The notes under the pieces are model-generated. The model saw nothing but the letters and a program-made list of their open reading frames with translations, was not told where the DNA came from and did not search any database. The position numbers were made by a program, and so were the translations under genes. 64,000 nucleotides of DNA, taken from positions 124,001 to 188,000 of the IMG/VR virus record IMGVR_UViG_3300023174_000040. One strand, 5' to 3'. Positions within the stretch are counted from its first letter, which is position 1, and each line of letters begins with the position of its first letter. This document shows, one piece after another, positions 60,496-64,000 of the stretch.

Positions 60496-60882
60496 TTACA
60501 ATTCCCCATCAGGAGAAGGCTGGAATACATTATAGTCATATGTTAACTCTTCCCCAGCTTTAATGTCTCTCAGAGCTATGTCAATTCCTTCTTGTTCATC
60601 TTCACTGCGTATATTAATCACATTGTTATTATCAGAGTGATTAAAGAATCTAGCGTCGTCTGTGCATAATATGTAATTTCCTGTGGTTCTGCTAACATAG
60701 GCATATTTAAGAAACTGCAGTCTGCTAGTGATATACAGTTTTTCTGGATAGTCCGGGGGGAATTCCTGATCATATCCTTTGGTAAACTTCCAGATTAAAG
60801 TTCCCCTTGCTATATCTTCATCGGCAAAACATCCAATTCCGTGTATAGAGCTTTCTTTTAATTTTGTTTTAACGTATAGCAT
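60496..60882 (-). CDS. SET-domain lysine methyltransferase-like protein
   Basis: S.IHG.G.FA..DI..G; RFFNHS; ALRDI.AGEELTYDY. Confidence 0.92.
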   Translation of the reverse strand: MLYVKTKLKESSIHGIGCFADEDIARGTLIWKFTKGYDQEFPPDYPEKLYITSRLQFLKYAYVSRTTGNYILCTDDARFFNHSDNNNVINIRSEDEQEGIDIALRDIKAGEELTYDYNVFQPSPDGEL

Positions 60883-60932
60883 ATGTTTCTCCAGTAGTAT
60901 CTAATATCTATGATAATTTACTCTCATATGTT

Positions 60933-62168
60933 ATGAGAAATAAAAAAATAAACAAAAAAAGATTAGCATATGGTAATGTGGGGGAAAGAAGATTCCATGA
61001 ATTCTTGAAACAAATATGCAAAGAAATGAATCTCAATGTTGTGAGGCATCCACATGGAGTAAATAGAGTAGATTTCATTGTAAGCGATCCAGAATCCGAG
61101 AAGGATATTCTTATAGAAGTTGAAAGAAGAAAAATAGAAAAGTGGAAAAATAAATTCCCTTATGATACTGTTGATTTTTATGGAAGAAGAACCATAAGGA
61201 AGAACTGCCTGGAGATTGTGTTAAATGACCCATGCAATAGATCTTTGATATATTCGCATGACGTGATTGAAAATTATGAAATTGAAAAAATATATGGCCC
61301 GGGAAAGCCTTATTATGCTCGCCAGGTAAACACCAAACATTCTAAAGAATTTTCTTTATTGAAAGATGTTGACAAGATTAAAGACATTATTTATAATGCA
61401 ATGAACGGTAGATTAAACAATTTAAATCTAAACAATAAAGGAAAGGTTAATATGTCGAAAGAAACCAATATGTCTGATGCGATCAAATGGATAGATGATA
61501 ATCTATCTCTTGCCGCTCAGTACCTGTACTACTATCGTCAGATCTATTCATTTAGATTAGCTTCCAAGAAACCCAATAGTATCATTTCTCCTACACAAGA
61601 ACTTTTAAAGAGTATCAGCCAGGTCTACAAGAATAATAATAAAAACTCCCAGCATAATGTGGAAAATATTATTATTAATAACTGGGAACAACATGGTGCG
61701 GGTCGTATTGCCGATGAGATAATTAATACGCTATCTGGTGGCGTTGAATTCCTGATTGACAGGGAGAAATATGGATTTGTTGCGAAACAATATAAAAATA
61801 CTTTTGTTTCTATCTGGCTTCAGTCAGTTGACGTCAAAGATTGGTGGGAGGGTTCCATCAAGTCAAAAGACCCAATAAAGTATATCGAAGAGAAAATAAA
61901 GCAACGTCTCGTGTTGTTGGAGCCAAAGGCAGCGACGGCACTGGTTGCTGATTGTCAGATTAAGATGCCTGTTTTAAAGCAATCCACCCCAGCTAATGCT
62001 GGTATCCAGGAGTCTATTGCTGAAAAATTGGGTGATACACCAAAAACTTCGAGTTCTCTTTCCATAGAGGCTTTTCAACTAATGAAAGATATTGCTCCTT
62101 ATTTGAAAAACTATACCAAAGAATGCATCGATGAGGCATTTTATGTAATGTCTCACTGGAATCAGTAG
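60933..62168 (+). CDS. protein with N-terminal PD-(D/E)xK-like nuclease region; possibly two fused genes
   Basis: GE..F...VDFIV...LIEVERR; internal RBS AAAGGA before MSKETN. Confidence 0.45.
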   Translation: MRNKKINKKRLAYGNVGERRFHEFLKQICKEMNLNVVRHPHGVNRVDFIVSDPESEKDILIEVERRKIEKWKNKFPYDTVDFYGRRTIRKNCLEIVLNDPCNRSLIYSHDVIENYEIEKIYGPGKPYYARQVNTKHSKEFSLLKDVDKIKDIIYNAMNGRLNNLNLNNKGKVNMSKETNMSDAIKWIDDNLSLAAQYLYYYRQIYSFRLASKKPNSIISPTQELLKSISQVYKNNNKNSQHNVENIIINNWEQHGAGRIADEIINTLSGGVEFLIDREKYGFVAKQYKNTFVSIWLQSVDVKDWWEGSIKSKDPIKYIEEKIKQRLVLLEPKAATALVADCQIKMPVLKQSTPANAGIQESIAEKLGDTPKTSSSLSIEAFQLMKDIAPYLKNYTKECIDEAFYVMSHWNQ

Positions 62169-62303
62169 AATATTTTCTTTGTATTTAATATTTCGGAGGC
62201 TGACGCTGGTTATGTGAGGAAATTAAAAGGGAAATTAAAACCTTCCCTTTTAATTTCCATTCGAGAGAAATATCTTTTCGGTTTTTTTGAATGACTGGTC
62301 TTA

Positions 62304-62337
62304 GCCAGTGTAGCTCAGTTGGTAGAGTAGCAGTTTT
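62304..62337 (+). pseudogene. 5' half of a tRNA, truncated at the anticodon loop (Thr-like)
   Basis: GCCAGTGTAGCTCAGTTGGTAGAG-TA-GCAGTTTT then runs into tRNA-Gln. Confidence 0.65.
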
Positions 62338-62339
62338 AT

Positions 62340-62411
62340 TGCCCGGTAGCTCAAAGATAGAGCGGCTGACTTTGGATCAGCGGGTTGCAGGTTTGAATCC
62401 TGCCCGGGCAT
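62340..62411 (+). tRNA. tRNA-Gln(TTG)
   Basis: acceptor TGCCCGG/CCGGGCA; GCTGA-CT-TTG-GA-TCAGC; T-loop TTTGAAT. Confidence 0.88.
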
Positions 62412-62413
62412 CT

Positions 62414-63274
62414 TTAATTTTTTGGTTTGGTCCAACCCAATGATGATTTAATTTTTCCTCTTAAAAGAAGCATAATATTTCCTCTGTTTAAATTATTGTC
62501 TCGGCAGAATTTATTTAAATTTTTTATTTTAATTAAATTTCCATTTGGATCAATTATACTAAATTCTTTAGCATATTTCTCAGCTAATTTTTTGTGCCCT
62601 TTTGCCCTACCTTCCTTGTTTCTTGGGTTATTTTGATCGTGTATTCCATTTTTATTTTCATGAGCTTTTTTGCCGCCAATTTTTCCACCATTTGCTCCGA
62701 TTTTTTTGTAGTATTGATAGATGTCTGATTCGTTTAATCTATCCAATCTTTTTAAAATTCCTCTTCTTTGTATTGATTTTCTTTCCTCGTTTGACATTTT
62801 GCCCAATCCAGCCGCATATGCTCTCTTGGCATTTTCACGTAGCTGTTCTTTTGTCATTGAAAACAATCCTTTTTTTAAAGTCTTGCATTTCATTCCAATT
62901 TCCCTAAGAGTTTCAATATCACAAGTCGGAGAAAATCTACTTCCATTCAGGCAACCTTCTTTGCCATAATGTTCTTCTGTTAGTTTATTTTCAAAATCAG
63001 AACATTTTATTTCGTCGCAAAACAAGCATATTATCTCTTTTATTATTTTGTTGTTTTTTTCTATTTGTTCTAAAAATACTTTTCTGTTAACTTTGGGGCT
63101 TCCAATATATTTGTCACTTAAAATATCCCCTTTAAACTTTCTTTTTCCGTAATAATACGGAACAACTCCATTCTCTATTGCATCTGGGAAACTTGTTTTA
63201 TATATGTAAAAATTACCTTCTACTTCCTTGTAAGATAATTTTATTTCTACATTACTGTAAAAAATTCTTTTCAT
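62414..63274 (-). CDS. GIY-YIG-like (Seg-type) homing endonuclease with C-terminal NUMOD-like DNA-binding domain
   Basis: FYIYKT...YYYGKR...D.YIGS; DPNG....I.NL.KFCR.NNL..GW; start revised to ATG 63274. Confidence 0.75.
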   Translation of the reverse strand: MKRIFYSNVEIKLSYKEVEGNFYIYKTSFPDAIENGVVPYYYGKRKFKGDILSDKYIGSPKVNRKVFLEQIEKNNKIIKEIICLFCDEIKCSDFENKLTEEHYGKEGCLNGSRFSPTCDIETLREIGMKCKTLKKGLFSMTKEQLRENAKRAYAAGLGKMSNEERKSIQRRGILKRLDRLNESDIYQYYKKIGANGGKIGGKKAHENKNGIHDQNNPRNKEGRAKGHKKLAEKYAKEFSIIDPNGNLIKIKNLNKFCRDNNLNRGNIMLLLRGKIKSSLGWTKPKN

Positions 63275-63619
63275 AATTATATAATAGTTATTAAAATCCA
63301 ATCCCACTCTTTTTTTATCTTTAATCTTTGCTATAATATGTTCTCGGAGGCTGATGCTAGTGATCTGTATTGAGAAATTAAAATCTTCATTTTTAATTTC
63401 CGTTCGAGAGAATAACGTTTTCGCCATGGAGGGCGATGAGGGCAATTTATGCTTAACCTCGAAAAAATTAGTGATTTTCATTATAAAAGCTTTTACGGAT
63501 ACTTTTTATTTAAAAAGAATGAATCTAGCTGGGTGTTCATTCCTTTTGAAAAAGAATTTAACACCGAAGAGTTGATGGAAGTATTTGGTATCTTAAAGAG
63601 TCTTGATAATCAAAAATTT

Positions 63620-64000
63620 TCAAATAGTTGATTCTTTATTTCCGTTCGAAGATAAGACCTTTTCGCCGGTGTTTTTGATGTCGTAGTAAAAAGAATCGGT
63701 GTCTTCTGTTGTCCACCGGTCTGCATTCTCACAAACGAATATTTGTTTATCCACTTTATATTTAGGAATATTGTCGATCTTTAATGGGTTATTAATAAAG
63801 TTGCTATCTCTCCATAGTATTCTATTGTTTGGCTGAAGAGCAAAGTGTCCATTATCAAGTTTGATTAGGTGTGCATTTTTATAATCTTGGGGAGTATCGC
63901 TATAAGAGTTATTTTCCCAATCAAAGGTCATCATGTATGTTCCCCATACTAATGATTTATCTTTTAATATAACTTCACATCTTTTATTAACAAGATAAGT
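63620..64000 (-). CDS. hypothetical phage protein (5' end outside window)
   Basis: TFDW...H.I.LDNG.FALQPNNRILW. Confidence 0.55.
   Translation of the reverse strand, partial: TYLVNKRCEVILKDKSLVWGTYMMTFDWENNSYSDTPQDYKNAHLIKLDNGHFALQPNNRILWRDSNFINNPLKIDNIPKYKVDKQIFVCENADRWTTEDTDSFYYDIKNTGEKVLSSNGNKESTI

Noticed and set aside
63275-63481. N-terminal extension of the 62414 endonuclease ORF
   Set aside because: It runs across the non-coding repeat at 63344-63423; ATG 63274 lies close to the nuclease motif.
1-64000. Alternative genetic code (stop recoding)
   Set aside because: Recognisable genes are full length in code 11, coding density is high, and all three stop codons end genes.
1-64000. Bacterial chromosome or eukaryotic giant virus origin
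   Set aside because: No housekeeping operons; dense short co-oriented ORFs, Shine-Dalgarno sites, intrinsic terminators, tRNAs with homing endonucleases and IS605 fit a large bacteriophage.

Overview
This window looks like part of a large (jumbo/huge), AT-rich, probably T4-like dsDNA phage genome. It holds well over 100 short, mostly + strand hypothetical genes, 4 intact tRNAs, tRNA-like RNAs, one IS200/IS605 (tnpB-only) insertion, tRNA-adjacent homing endonucleases, a MoxR/VWA pair and several glycosyl- and methyltransferases. No core structural or replication genes are present. Several captured genes (DUF1559-style prepilin leaders, a LEPRxLL-like leader, CsrA, DUF2294, SET) point to a Planctomycetota/PVC host (inference). 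The main unexplained structure is a candidate phage transcription and docking system with three parts. (i) About 50 co-oriented copies of (G/A)GTACGG(T), followed 9 nt later by a pyrimidine-purine step that is often the first base of a leaderless ATG, rise to about one per gene from 44 to 60 kb and stop abruptly at 60.3 kb. (ii) Six paralogous stand-alone HTH proteins resembling sigma region 4 each lie directly behind a motif copy. (iii) A short linear peptide motif [ILM]LxSF is shared by about 12 otherwise unrelated proteins. A rare tRNA-Ser(ACT) is also present. All counts and coordinates were read by eye. Family names come from motif recognition, not from database searches.
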